Position numbers and translations under genes: made by a program
Assembly: GCF_964355755.1 (NCBI RefSeq)
Contig: NC_092674.1
Location: 14,818,001 to 14,882,000 of the forward strand
Origin: Antedon mediterranea
Lineage: Eukaryota > Animalia > Echinodermata
Direction of reading: 5' to 3'
DNA length: 64,000 nucleotides
In this document: positions 37,601-50,395 of the stretch, in pieces
Layout of the letters: every line of letters begins with the position of its first letter
Numbering within the stretch: position 1 is the stretch's first letter
The notes under the pieces: generated by a model
What the model was told of the DNA's origin: nothing
The model's input: the letters and a program-made list of their open reading frames with translations, nothing else
The model's database searches: none

Positions 37601-40031
37601 AGCCCAACCATGGCTTCTATAATGTGTCTGAATGAAAGTACATATTTACTTGTTTACGTACTTGTTTACTTGTTTCCCGTACACTTTCGTCTACGGGATC
37701 GAGGCGAAGCACTCAGTGCTTAAAAGCCCCTCTTAGCAATAAAATCATATTCTATATACGGTGAAAACTTCAGCGGGTGGTTAGACCATGCGACGTTAAG
37801 TTTTGCTTTGAACAAGTTCACCGTAGCACATGAAACTACATCCGTAGGCAGAGCATTCCATAAGAGAATAACTCTCCTGGAGAACGTGTCCCTCCTAATA
37901 TTAAGACGAGAGCTTTTAAACTTGAGTTTATATGGGTGTCCACGGGTCCGAGATTCTAGATCAAATTCAAAAAATGTGTTGATCGAAATACGATCGAAAC
38001 CTTTAACAATCCTAAAAACTTGGATAATATCTGCTCTCTGCCTTCGATATCTCATGGTAGGAAGACCAAGAATTCTCAAACGTTGTTCATAAGGAATATT
38101 ACGGTACCTAGGAATCAATCTTGTTGCTCTTTGCTGGACCTTCTCTATTTCATCCTGATCTCGTTTTCTAATAGGATTATAAACAGTGTTACAATATTCA
38201 AGCGTTGACCTGACAATAGACTTATACAGCTTCAAAAATCCATCTTTATTCAAGAATTTAAAAGACCTATAAATCATTCCTAGTTTCTTATTAGCTCTTT
38301 TACAAATATCCGCTACATGCAAATTAAAGATTAAACTAGGATCAAAGGTAACACCTAGATCTTTCTCCTGCTTTACCTCATGTAGTAAATTACCAGCCAT
38401 TGAATACAAGAAATTGGGATTATCACGACCATAATGAAATACCTTACACTTAGTGTCATTAAAAGGCAATTGCCAAACATTAGACCAATGGGAAGCACTG
38501 TCAATGTCTCTTTGAAATAAATCCGCATCATCAATGTTATTGACCACTCTATACAACTTGGTGTCGTCTGCAAATAAACGTATACTAGATTCGACAACAT
38601 CAGGTAAATCGTTAATGAAGATTGAAAATAAGATTGGGCCCACAACGCTACCCTGTGGAATTCCACTTAATACTGGAACCTGTGATGACAATTGACCATT
38701 GACACTAACTCGTTGTGTTCTATTTGACAAATAATTAGAGAACCATCCTAGTAGATTTCCCATAATACCAAAACCTTTCAATTTGACTAGAAGCCTTTGG
38801 TGTGGCACACTATCAAAGGTCTTTTTATAGTCTAAATAGACACAATCAAAGCTATCATGGTTATCCAGGTTAGTAGTCCAACTCTCCAGGACATCAAGTA
38901 GTTGTAATGCACATGATCTACCTTGTCTGAATCCAAATTGCTCATTGCACAGAATACAGTAAGAGCTCAAGCAGAAATTTGAAGCAATAAGAATAGGAAT
39001 GATAATGATATGAAAGTAAACTAGCAAACAAGATTCAAAGACTTTCCGATAACAGATATTCGTCCAACCACAAACCCAGGCCTAGCAAAGACAATCTCAA
39101 AAAATCTCTCCAATCGAAAGATAAATCGAATAGTACAAGGGCTTAAGCTACATTTGTAGCAATAAGAAGAGTAATGGAGACTTTATGTAAGTAAAAATCG
39201 TGAATAAACTATACAAATACAGCAAACAAGATTCAAAGCTTTTACAACTTCAGAAACACGTCCAACCACCATAAAGCGCCCTCTCTCTTGAGCTGATGAC
39301 CTTCCAATTGACAATAAATATGGCTGTCGGTATTGCAAATTTTTTTCCTGAATACTCTTTTCTAACATCTGTTGCATCCTGTAAGAATAACAAAAAGCAT
39401 AACAAACTGTTATTTATCATAACATATTTCATAAATGTATGCATCTTTAGTAGTAGTACTGTACTATACTATCTTTATCATTGATAATTTTTTATTTTCA
39501 ATATGGTCTTAAAAAGCAACGGTGAATAGTTTTGCTATTCAATCAGAAAAGAGTATCATATAAAACTCTTTTCTCTAATTTAAGTAAATTTTGACATTCG
39601 TAATTTTTAAAATGAAAATAAAAACTGTACTATTAATTAATATGCTTACATGGATATGTTGAATGAACAAATTCACAGCTTCTGATTTGGTCCATGCTCT
39701 GTATAAGATTGAGACATATAGTATGCCTCATATAAATCAGCATAACAAGACCACTAGGCCTAGTGCACAAAATAAATTATAAAACATTAATAATAGTAAC
39801 ATGAATAGTAAAAATAATAGGCTAGTTCTAGCATCAGGTCGGTATGTCGATTAGTTTCTTCTAGGTTGGAATTATTTTTTAATCTAGTCCCTGTTCAGTT
39901 TTAAAGCTTAAAAAACACGAATATACACAATTGACATGTATAAAGACAGTGATTTAAATACAGATAATATACAACATATTATTATTACTTACTATAAAAA
40001 AATAAATGTAAATCGTTCAAGATGATGTCCA
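34660..40031 (-). pseudogene. Large hAT-like DDE transposase pseudogene, interrupted by a CR1 LINE; upstream exons at ~39250-40031 are tentative
   Basis: Coiled coil, then LTLKYDGTTK (D), SNTMTDRC (D), RCAMHP (CxxH), GNRFNIFF, LRALGLI..ITGPW and SDNISGERVF (E); multiple stops and frameshifts. Confidence 0.65.
37645..38960 (-). mobile_element. 5'-truncated CR1 LINE (RT domain and C-terminus)
   Basis: ORF 37720-39027 with EQFGFRQGRSC, GIPQGSVVGP, FADDTK, EKDLGV, RTRGHPYKL; 3' tail of aaacaagt units at ~37645-37675. Confidence 0.93.
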
Positions 40032-40904
40032 TGTTGTTATTGTGAATTATTGCAGCCCGAAACATCATTGACATTGTGTAGTCAAGCATTTTTCCTGTGC
40101 AATAGATAGAAATAATATGTTTCTACTAAATTTTATAGTACTGTACAGTTAGTACTGTGCAGTATAGCCTATCGTCATTATTTATTAATATTATAATTAT
40201 TAATTATATCATAATTTATTCGTAGGACGCCTAGGCTAGGCCCTAGGCCTACTAGAGGCTCTAGGCTAGCCTAGGGGCCTAGTCTAGGAAATAGTATTAA
40301 AGTAGGGCCTAGGCTTAGTAACTAGGCCTAGCCTAGACTAGGCCTATTTATTAGGCCTAGCTCTTCTCCAGCTAGACCTACTAGTACTACTAGCCTAGCT
40401 AGCTAGGTCTAGGTAGGCAGGGTAGGCTAGGCCTAGTAGTAGAACGTCATCAACAATTACAAAGTAACGTTTTTTTAGTATTCATTAAAAATGTTTATAC
40501 AATGTGCCTATTCAACTAGGGTATAGGCCTAGATAGAATAATATTCAAGGCATAACACATTTGATTTAGTAAATCTAACCTAGGCTACTCACTAGCTAGG
40601 CCTATAGCCTAACTCGGTAACCGGCCAAAATAAACTCGAGCCGTGACAGTACACCACACTCGCTGTTGTCACGTCGTCAACTAGCCTACTAAACTAGATC
40701 TGTGCTGTGGCCAGAAAATGTGCGCGGTGGTGGTGGTGTGAATGTAGGCCTCAATGTAGCCTTAGATTCAATTTAAAATAAATGATTACCAACCTTCTAA
40801 AATAGATATTGATTCAATTGGTATATGTTACGAATACGGTAGCTCGTAAATTGTCGGCAAAGAATCTAAAATACGATCGAAGAGCATGAAGATCTGAAGA
40901 TCAG

Positions 40905-41000
40905 GTGGGCGGCCGGGCGGGAAGCGAGGCTGGGGAACAAGACAAACTTTTGTCCGCGCGCTCTCACGTCACAATATATTAGGCGCTGATTGGATGTTGT
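40905..41000. promoter_or_regulatory. Putative promoter of the hAT-like gene
   Basis: GC boxes (gggcgg twice), CRE-like tcacgtca and CCAAT (gattgg) clustered in otherwise AT-rich DNA upstream of the minus-strand exons. Confidence 0.35.
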
Positions 41001-41924
41001 AATCAAACTTTCTATCAGTTGAAACTTTATTTTCAACTGGAGCGTATTTCACGTTCATGAATACCATATTCAGTCTAAAAAGTTTGGTTTTAATCATCAA
41101 ACGTAAATACGATCGAAATTTCCAATCGATGAATTTAAGAGAGTACTACATTTGGTGGCTGGTAGATTTCCGCTATAAACTTTGCTAGTTTATCATGTAT
41201 TTCCATACATACTCGAAAAAACAGTAGCAACATCTTTCCAACTTTCTTTTGGACCAGGTTGTGATTTCATGGAAATCAATATTTCACAAATGATACCATT
41301 TGTCACAAGCTCAGGAGTCAGTTGATGCAATGCACCAACTGATTAGTGGATCCTTTTGTGGCTGAAAAGGTTCCATTTCAACCAACTGTAGAGGGAAAAA
41401 AAAACAGTATATTTGATTGATGTTTTAAAATAAAATTATGTATGAAAAGATAAATTACAGTACATGTATAGAATATATTAAATTTTTATCTTTTGCTATG
41501 ACCAGATAATTCTTGATATACAAATTAATTAGTCCTATGATTTATATAGGATTATTATATATAAATATAGTACAATTAGTAGAATTCATGCACATTGTTT
41601 AAAAATAAAGTGCTTATATTTAGGCCTGTGTGTATATTATAAAATGTTTAAAAAAAAAAAAAATAGTAATTTAAAATATAAAAAATGATAAAAGAAATAT
41701 AAGTTAAAATAAAAACATAATATAAATACTTACAAAGTTGTGACTAAATCAGTGATACAATAATGTAAAAAAGATTGGTATTCTCAAAATTAAAAGTTGA
41801 TATGATCAGTAAATTAAAATAATAAAAACACAAGAAACACTATTAAATTAATATTTGTTTTATTTTATATTCAAAGTAATCAAAATATATTTAATTTAAA
41901 TATTTATTTGCACATAAACAAAAC

Positions 41925-43121
41925 ACACCCCTACAGGCACAATGGAACCATCCACAGTAGTACAGCACGGCCGTTCCAAGGCAAAACCACGTAACTCGCA
42001 TTTTTGTCAATTTTGAGATTTTTATATTTGGGGAATTATTACAAATTTATGAACAACCTGTAAAAATTTCAGGTTTCAGAGATCATTATTTTTAGAGATA
42101 GTACCACGTATCTTTAAGCAAAAAACAAATAATTCTGGTATTTTCCAAGGCAAAACAACGTATCTACCAGATACGTTGTTCTGCCACGGAAATGCATACG
42201 ATTTTCTCTTCAAATTCACACAATCAGCTAAGTTACGTAATTTTGAGACAGAAACCGCTGATGCATGACGATATGCATAGCAACGATCTTAACTAAAAGT
42301 AAAAGATATCAAACAATACTAGGCTTATTACGCTAGACAACTAATTTTTCAACTAAAATTTATTCTAAGAATTAACTATATTTACGAAAAAGTTCAAACA
42401 AGCTCTAAACTAGGCTAGGCTATTATTTTTGACAAACCTACCTAATCTAGTCTAGTACCCCAGTACTGTCGTTGGATGTAGGCTAGGCCTAGCCTAGTAG
42501 GACGGCCGTCTTTGCATTGTTGTACTAGGCCTTGTAGTAGCAGAGTAGTAGGTAGGCTATAATAAGTCTATATCATAAATAGGCCTAGTAGATGCAAATG
42601 GCTAAGCCTAGCATCAAATGCATTTTTTGTTAAGCCAACCTAGTTTCTAGCCATCATTGGATGATCCCAGCTCTCCCTGTTGTTCAAAAAGAGTTTCAAT
42701 CCATTGTTTTTAAAATCATCACAGTTACGTTGTTTTGCCATGAAATGACCACAGTTACGTTGTTTTGCCACAGAATATCGTAGTTACGTTGTTTTGCCTC
42801 AGAAATTACTTTCATTCTATGAACGTCATTTCCAAGGCAAAACAACGTATCTGTTAAAAGTGGTAATAACTTTTGATCAAATTGTTTAAATTATTTAACA
42901 TTTTGTATTTAATAATAATTATTATTTATATATACTCATGCAAAATTTCACATCATTACGATAATTTGTTGTTGAAATGCAAACACTCAAACTTCAATTC
43001 AATTTTTCTCGAAAAGCAACATTTTGTAGTTACGTTGTTTTGCCTTGGAACGGCCGAGCGCGCACGCGAAAACTTATTAAGCCTGTACACATTTGGATCG
43101 GACCACTTTTTGTAGGGGTGT
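41925..43121. mobile_element. Tiny CACCCC-ended TIR element (~110 bp when empty) hosting the Sola1 MITE
   Basis: acacccctaca / tgtaggggtgt with an imperfect inverted extension to ~40 bp; TSD unclear. Confidence 0.55.
41968..43056. mobile_element. Sola1-derived MITE
   Basis: 28-bp TIR cggccgttccaaggcaaaac(c/a)acgtaac, the same as the end at 52191; internal gttacgttgttttgcc repeats; imperfect 4-bp TSD AGCA/AGCG. Confidence 0.85.
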
Positions 43122-43899
43122 CTTTACAAATATAGTAATAAAAACATAATTTAAGTAGGAAATATTATTTACTATTTCTATAAAAGTCTAGCATACATTA
43201 CTAGCATAATCATATCTCAAAATAATATTAATATTAATACAATATACTTGCAGGCAACTTTTATTTATCACAAAATTGCCTCGATGTGGACGATATTTCA
43301 CCCGACCAAAAATGAACCCCATTTTGTTGGGCCACTTTACATTGTCTGTGCCTAGATCAATCATGATGGCTACGATGTTTTTAAGTAGGGCTGGTTAAGA
43401 GTCATAGATATCATATTTCTAGGCCTTGACATTATATTCAGGTTAGTTTTTTTATAAATACAGTAGTCATCAAATGTGTGTTAAATATCTGAAATAGTTA
43501 CCGTTTTTTAACAAGATGTCATTAAAAAATGGCTAGGCCAAAACGAGTCGGGTCTGCACTCGCCGACCACAACTATCATAATGATCGTTCTGATTATTGT
43601 CTGCTGGGCAACAAGGCCTCATAACATCAACAAAACTCTATATCAATACGCCTATACAATCCCATTGGCGCAGCGAAATAGTACGCTCTCGCGTGTGCAG
43701 TAATGGGACACACATTTTCATCGCGCGTAGCGTTACATAAATAGCGCCCTCATAAAGTATGGTTATGATTCTACCTACCATGAAGTATTCCACCATATTA
43801 TATACAATTAGACATTTATTTATTTGCTGTTATATAAACGAGGTGAAATATAATCTCTTGCTGTAACTATTATCATTAGTTAGTGGTTGTAAACTTGTC

Positions 43900-46690
43900 A
43901 GTGTGATTTTATGGCGGACTCCCGGATTTTGAGGTGATCGGTTGTTCCTCTTATGTCCTGCATGATGTTATTTAGCTGGGCATGCATCGATTCACCCCTT
44001 GTTCACCATGAAACCCGAAACCTACGCCCCATTCCCTAATCCAGTTGCATACATGGTGTTCCAGTAAATGCATTTTTGGTGGTTCCGTCTCGCTGATTTC
44101 TCGGAAATACTTCAGGTATGCTGAAATGTTTCTTTCTGTTGAATAAAAAATAAATTAATTGTAGACATATACACATGGTGTACTAATTTATTTGGAAAAA
44201 TGTATTAAAATCAATGGTATTTACCTAATCTTTCAAGCATACTCTGGTCAAAAGGAGCAGAAAGGTTGTAAATGTTGTTGCAAAGTAGGTAAATTATAAA
44301 TAGACGCTGTCATTTCAGAGCAACTAATTGCACAGATGGTATTAGCAGAGAGCAATGCTCTTCTGTCTTTTCAATCACCATGTTGGTTAATTTATTGATT
44401 TTCTGGCTGAAATTGAATAAAAATGAAATAAAATATTTTATGTATATTTTTAATTTTGATAAAATATATCTTTTTTTGATTTCCTACAAATGACTGCCCG
44501 TGGTATGCCTGTCTTGCAGCACCAAAAGATTTTAAAGTTGTATCCAAACATCCACAAATAGGACCATAATCTTTATCTAGCTTGGCTAGCTTAAAATGTT
44601 GTGCCTGACTTACCTGAAAGTAAGTAATGAGTGTATTATTAACAGTAAACAAAAAATAATGGGTAGCAAACAAGGCTAGACCAGAAAAAATGTTTGATTA
44701 ATGTCATGGAGCAGACACTGGAGTTCTAAAGCTAACATAATAATTTGGGGTTTAAATAGACTAAAACAATCTGCTTACATGATGGTCTATCTGACCCTTC
44801 TTTGCCACTATCTCATCAACCAGTTCTTGGAGGTTTGTGATGTCCTCATTTAAAATTAGGAACACCGACAATAGTCTTCCAATGAATTTACTTGTGCTTT
44901 AAGGCCACTAGCCTCTTCTTCATGCTTGCGTGCGTTGGATAGCTGCAATATGCATTTATTTAATTGATGTGAACTTTCTTGTTGGTTTTAAGTTGCCAGA
45001 TGAAATGCCATCTCATTATCTAATTCCTGGTGGCAGGCATCCTCAAAACTCTTAAAATGTTTCAGATAGAGTCCAAGACTTATGTGTAGTCCTGGAAGAC
45101 AAACCTAAAGAAATAACCACAAAGTACATTAATTATGTTATAATTCAGTTATTTTATAATGAAAAGAAAGGTTTCTTTACCCGATTGATTGGAATGTGTA
45201 GTATTTTATCAGCCACAACATTGTTATACAATTTTGCTCGGTTCAAATGGCTACCATCATCTTGGAATGATTTGAGGGTTTCAAGTGTACGAGGTAATAA
45301 ACCATCTGATGCCTCTGATTTATGGCAATACAAGCAGTAGTGGCGACCTAAAAGCAAGTCATAAAAATTATATTATACTGATTGGTGAAATTCTGAAATA
45401 ATTTTTTACTGTACCTGTTAAAAAAAATTTCTTACCATTAGCTCCAGTTAATCCATTATTCTCGTAAGATACTCGTAATCTCGAAACACAAATACTCTTA
45501 TTTTCTTGTCAGTCACTGAAAAATAAAGCATTTAATAAAATTTAATGGACCACTACTTCTGATATACTTATAAAAAGGAGTTCATTTTCATAAATAATGT
45601 AATTACATCAACATTTGAATCTAAATTATGTACTCGCGTCGTCCATCTTGCATTGTGTAGTCCATCATGTACTCGCGTCGTCCATCTTGCATTGTAGTCC
45701 ATCATGTACTTGCGTCGTCCATCTTGCATTGTGTAGACCATCATGTACTCGCGTCGTCCATCTTGCATTGTGTAGTCCATCGATTTGGGGTTTCATGCGA
45801 ATCAAACTGGTTGTTAAATTGTACAAATTGTCTGTTCTGTCAAATACTAGAATAGTCAGTGTATTGCTGAGTGAATTTAGGTGATGGGTGTTGCAAATCT
45901 AAATAATCAATTTAAAATTCACCCCTCCCTTATCACCACCATCTTGTTATGAGCCCATTATGCCACGGCAGTAAATTTAATCTGAAAAAAACATAAATGA
46001 AATAGAAAATACTAATACTTTTCTGTAAAAAATTGAACACAGATTTGAGCCGTGCGCATGCATAGATCAGTATTGAAATAGAAATGGCTACAGAGTATAA
46101 TAATAATAAAGCATAGGTTATAGGATTAAACTCCCTTATTAAATAACTTATATGAAGCATGGGTGGGTAAGGACGGCACATGATCTCTTTGCATGATACA
46201 TGATTACATGGAAAAGCAACTGGTAGGTACAGGCATTATGACAATTACTACATTTAAATGCATTGAAAGAACCAATAATATCAAATGAATTTGGCACTGA
46301 TGGTAGTGTAAGATTAACCAGTGAATTGAAATGATCATGTATTTTTTGGTTAATAATTTGTTGTATTTGATGCTGTTCTGCCCCAACACCACATTTCCTT
46401 TTTACTGGTCTGCCTCCTTTGCCTTAGATTGTAAATGATTTACATGTTGTACACTCTCCGACATAAGGATTGAAGTTGGATTCGTTCTAGTGCCTGACCT
46501 GAGTTTTATGTAGCACAAATGACATGGATTTTGTGGATGAACTTAGACTTCAAATTTCATCTCTTTTACAATGAGGTCTCGGTTTTTTTTTATCATCTTT
46601 TGATTTGGGGGCACGATTTCCTTTGTAAAGTTTAAGCCGTTGGCCACAAACCCTACACAAAGATTGTAAATTCTTAAGGTGTTTGTCCAT
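43900..46690 (-). pseudogene. RAG1-like (N-RAG-TP-type) transposase, copy 2; intron-containing and decayed
   Basis: MDKHLKNLQSLCRVCGQRL at 46690; LLPWHNGL; RVFVFRDYEYL..GLTGANG; GRHYCLYC; VCLPGLHISLG; RQAYHGQSFVGN; PPKMHLLEHHV..WI..WGVGFGFHGEQG.ESMH. Confidence 0.8.
45628..45781. repeat. 39-bp minisatellite, 4 copies
   Basis: Unit atgtactcgcgtcgtccatcttgcattgtgtagtccatc. Confidence 0.9.
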
Positions 46691-48669
46691 GCTGAGTGAA
46701 AGAAATAAAACATTTTCGTTTAAGTTATAAATCTACTCCATTTTAACTCAATATAGTAACGAAATCAATACAATTTTAATATAAAATGAGACTATACGTG
46801 CATACTACTATTGCAAAACTAATTTAACCTGCTTGGTCTGGACAAATTCAAATTAATTAAATTTTACGTTTTAAGTTTATTTACTTTTGTTACATGAATA
46901 TGGCCACACGGATGGGAAAAAAAATGGATTTTTGTCTTTTTCGTCATAGCTCATCACATTTAATAGAATGCATCTCGCTTATTCGTATTACATTTTCCAC
47001 CACTTTTTAATATTGTCTAGGTTAATCATTTATCTTTCGCATGAATTACATTGTTAAAAAATGAGTTATTTTGATTTGGATGACGTCATCACATCAAGAA
47101 ATTTGATCACTTATTTTCATCTTTTTCATAAAAAAAAAATCTTTTTGTGTTTGAAAAATATTTTGTTTTATACTATTGCTTTTGAAATACAACAGTGCCA
47201 CATACTTTGTACTTTCGCGGCGATTTGAATGTTATGATGACCAGTTTTTCGAGATGGAAGTACATTTCTGGAGAGATATATGTACAGTACTAATTTAGAT
47301 CAAAAAGACATTTAAATTAGCTTTAGATCGTGTGTAGGATTTTAATTAAGGATTAATTAACATCTCTACAAGACGTGGAATCATTGGAAAAACCATAATT
47401 AGCCTAGATATGTTCCAATTGTCTGTCAAAGTTTTGCCTTTCAGCCAAGCTAGTACTAGGTCTAGCCTAGGCCTGTTAGTTTTAGGCTAGGCCTAGCATA
47501 GGATTTCAGCCTTGCTAGGCCTAGGATTGTTTGGTCGTTTGTTGACATAATTAGCACTAAAGTAGGTGTGTTTATAAAATCCACATTAATATAACAGATC
47601 AGGTGCCGTTTTCGGCCACTTCAACCTATATGGACTATACCACCCACTATGGTTGGACTTATATGGACTATACCACCCACTATGATTGGGCCTGTGGCGA
47701 GCCGAATTTCGATAAATGACACCTCTAGATGGCTGGAAATGGTACTCTGGCACAAAAATTCATAATAAATGGTTCGACAAAATAAAGCAAGAACCAGCAA
47801 TTCATCCAACATTTTAAAAAATGCAAAAAAAAAAAGAAGTCAATTCACACACTGGTTTAATGGTTACCATTTCATTTAAAGACGAGAACTTGGACATTTT
47901 TGAGAAATTGGGAAAAATGCACAAAAAGCGATATCTAAAAAAGAAATGTTGAGGACACCCTAAACAAAGTAGTCTTGTACAACTCTGTTGTATCCATGGG
48001 TTTGACAAAAATAAGAACTTTAAAGTTATTAATATAAAGTTATAACCCTTCAAAAATGGTTCCAAATATAATTTGAAAAAAATGCCATTTTTCAAGCAAA
48101 AATCACTGTTTTTTGGGCACTTTAACAGGCCATAACTTTTGAATGGAAAATCCGATTTCAATCATTTAAATTGCAAAAGTTTATGTTTATGTATTATACT
48201 TTCTATACTGTATAAGGCACAAAATAGACAAAATTTAGCAACAACATATTATTATCAGGTCATACGTACATGCACGTGGCGTTCAAATCTAGTTAATATT
48301 GTATTCAAGTATTAGGCCTATATACTACTACTTTATAGGCCTAGCTATTTATAGTAAGTACTAATTAGTATTAGAGGTAGGTGTTCCCTATAAAGCCTAC
48401 AGTGCATTTGTTTGATTATTGTTTGATATTGATCATCACGTTCTGACGTCACAATACCACGTGACATCCTTGCGTTACTGGGCAACAGCCCAAGCGTTCA
48501 GTGACATTTTTAAGGCCTTGAGATTCAATGGTAAACACGCATATTGTATTTAGTTAAAGGTTTTATTTTTTTTTTTTTCAAAAGTAAAATGCTTCCATAC
48601 ATTATAAGCAATGTAATTAGTCAATATAAATAAAACCAGGGACAGTATAACAACTCTTTTGTTTATTAA

Positions 48670-48820
48670 AGATGTATTGTCCCTTTGACTAATTCCAAAA
48701 AAAATGTTACAAAGATCTTTCAAAAAAAGTGGGTCATTTTGAAGTATTATAATAGATATTAACTTTCACCAAAAAGTAGTTGAAAAAAAAATTATTTAAC
48801 TGAAATACAGACGTTTTTTT
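48670..48820. mobile_element. Solo end of the Kolobok-type MITE
   Basis: TTAA followed by agatgtattgtccc; matches the reverse complement of ~14875-15024 and then stops at the ISL2EU transposase. Confidence 0.75.
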
Positions 48821-50395
48821 GTTCACACCTAGCAACATCTTCATTGAGTACATGCACCGATATTGTAAATAAATTGACTTTTGGTCCTTTAACAACCTTG
48901 GTGCGTTGGTTTTTGCATCTGTGCAATCAATAATGATACGACAAATGGTAAATGATCCACTGAATGATTCAGGCATATTCTTTGCATTCTTTTGCCTACT
49001 GGGCATGACAGACATGGTGTCATCGTAGAGTAACTGATGTAATACATCAACAAAGGTTATGAAGACATTCTTTACTGATGTTGTTGGGTGTAATTCTGCT
49101 TCATCCGTATCATAGTGAGAAGCACCTGGTCTTCTAATTTTACATTCTGCACAGTGTGTTCAAAGTAATTAATAGCACCATCATACCTCTTTACATGGTT
49201 AACAATAACACTCAAGGTTGCCTTATCTGGCAGACCCGTCTCATTTTTTATCTCTTGATCATTTAGCATTTGGGCAGAACTTGTATTTTACATATTTTAG
49301 TTCATTATTAAGTTCTTTAATTACTTTATACTTTTGTTCAAGTTCATATTTCAACACTGTTATTTGTGTTTTTGCCACGACAGATTCCTTCATTCTTTGC
49401 AAATTCGATTTGTCAGCAGAGGTATCCAATAATGCATTAGATGTAGGTTCCACAACATCCAATAATGCATTAGATGTAGGTTCCACAACATCCAATAATG
49501 CATTAGATGTAGGTTCCACAACATCCAATAATGCATTAGGTGTAGGTTCCACAACATCCAATAATGCATTAGGTGTAGGTTCCACAACATCCAATAATGC
49601 ATTAGATGTAGGTTCCACAACATCCAATAATTCATTAGGTGTAGGTTCCACAACATCCAATAATTTGTTAGATGTAGGTTCCACAACATCCAATAATTCT
49701 ATAGATGTAGGTTCCACAACCGAATTCTCTGGCTCATTTACCTGAGGACATTCTTTATAAACAACAGGCACATGCACAATCAACAATAACGGCAACCAAC
49801 CTTCCTCTTCTTTGGCAGGGGAGGCTTATTGCACAAGGTTTCTTCAAAGAACTTGCCTTTGTTGCGTATCTTGACGCCTGTTAAAAGAAATGTGTATTTG
49901 TAAGCAAAAGAGAAACTTGATATGCAACCGAGGGGATGTGAAACAAAGAACAATGATTCAAAAACAGTAGATAAAAACAAGAAAAGTAAATGAGAGTAAA
50001 CAATTTATGACAATGATGAGCAAAACATACAGTATACTTGTTAATACCATTAATAATAAATTATAATATAATTTTTATAAATGGTGCATTCACTGAGCGA
50101 AAAGATTATTTTAATCAACTTGTATATTATATTTAACGGAGCATAAAATCTTTGCTTACGCCTATTTTGACAAAATGACATCAACTTGTAATTAGTGTAC
50201 AGTCTACCCATAAAAAACAATAAAAGTTATAAATAGAAAAATTCTTGAAAAAGAATCGTTAAAATGCAATTACTTTACTCATTTTACCCATCTATCTTAT
50301 TTAGGTTTGTTTAGCATCTTTTTCGGAAACTGCCGAAACAGATTGCACTTTTCACGACCACTGATTACAATCTGGTGCAAAGCACCCCACCATCT
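48821..50395 (-). pseudogene. THAP-domain ISL2EU/PIF-Harbinger-clan transposase, 3'-truncated
   Basis: MVGCFAPDC...F..FP (THAP start, 50393); ETGLPDK...LEDQVLLTMIRMKQN (HTH region); MPESF...CRIIIDCTD...P.....QKSIY..Y....SMKMLLGV (DDE_Tnp_4-type). Confidence 0.75.
49424..49720 (-). repeat. In-frame 33-bp tandem repeat (LDVVEPTSNAL, ~9 copies)
   Basis: Unit gtaggttccacaacatccaataatgcattagat within ORF 49259-49795. Confidence 0.92.

Noticed and set aside
38960-39027. Hydrophobic N-terminus of ORF 37720-39027 as a signal peptide
   Set aside because: It lies beyond the 5' truncation point of the CR1, so it is chance read-through from flanking DNA
45628-45781. 39-bp repeats as a CRISPR array or real ORFs (45568-45884)
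   Set aside because: Spacerless minisatellite; the ORFs arise because the repeat lacks stop codons
28686-47000. RAG2-like partner gene (ProtoRAG architecture)
   Set aside because: No kelch-repeat or PHD ORF was seen convergent with either RAG1-like gene, and no CACTATG-type TIRs; a very decayed copy cannot be excluded by eye
49424-49720. 33-bp repeats as a CRISPR array
   Set aside because: Contiguous tandem units with no unique spacers, in frame within a eukaryotic TE ORF, and no cas genes
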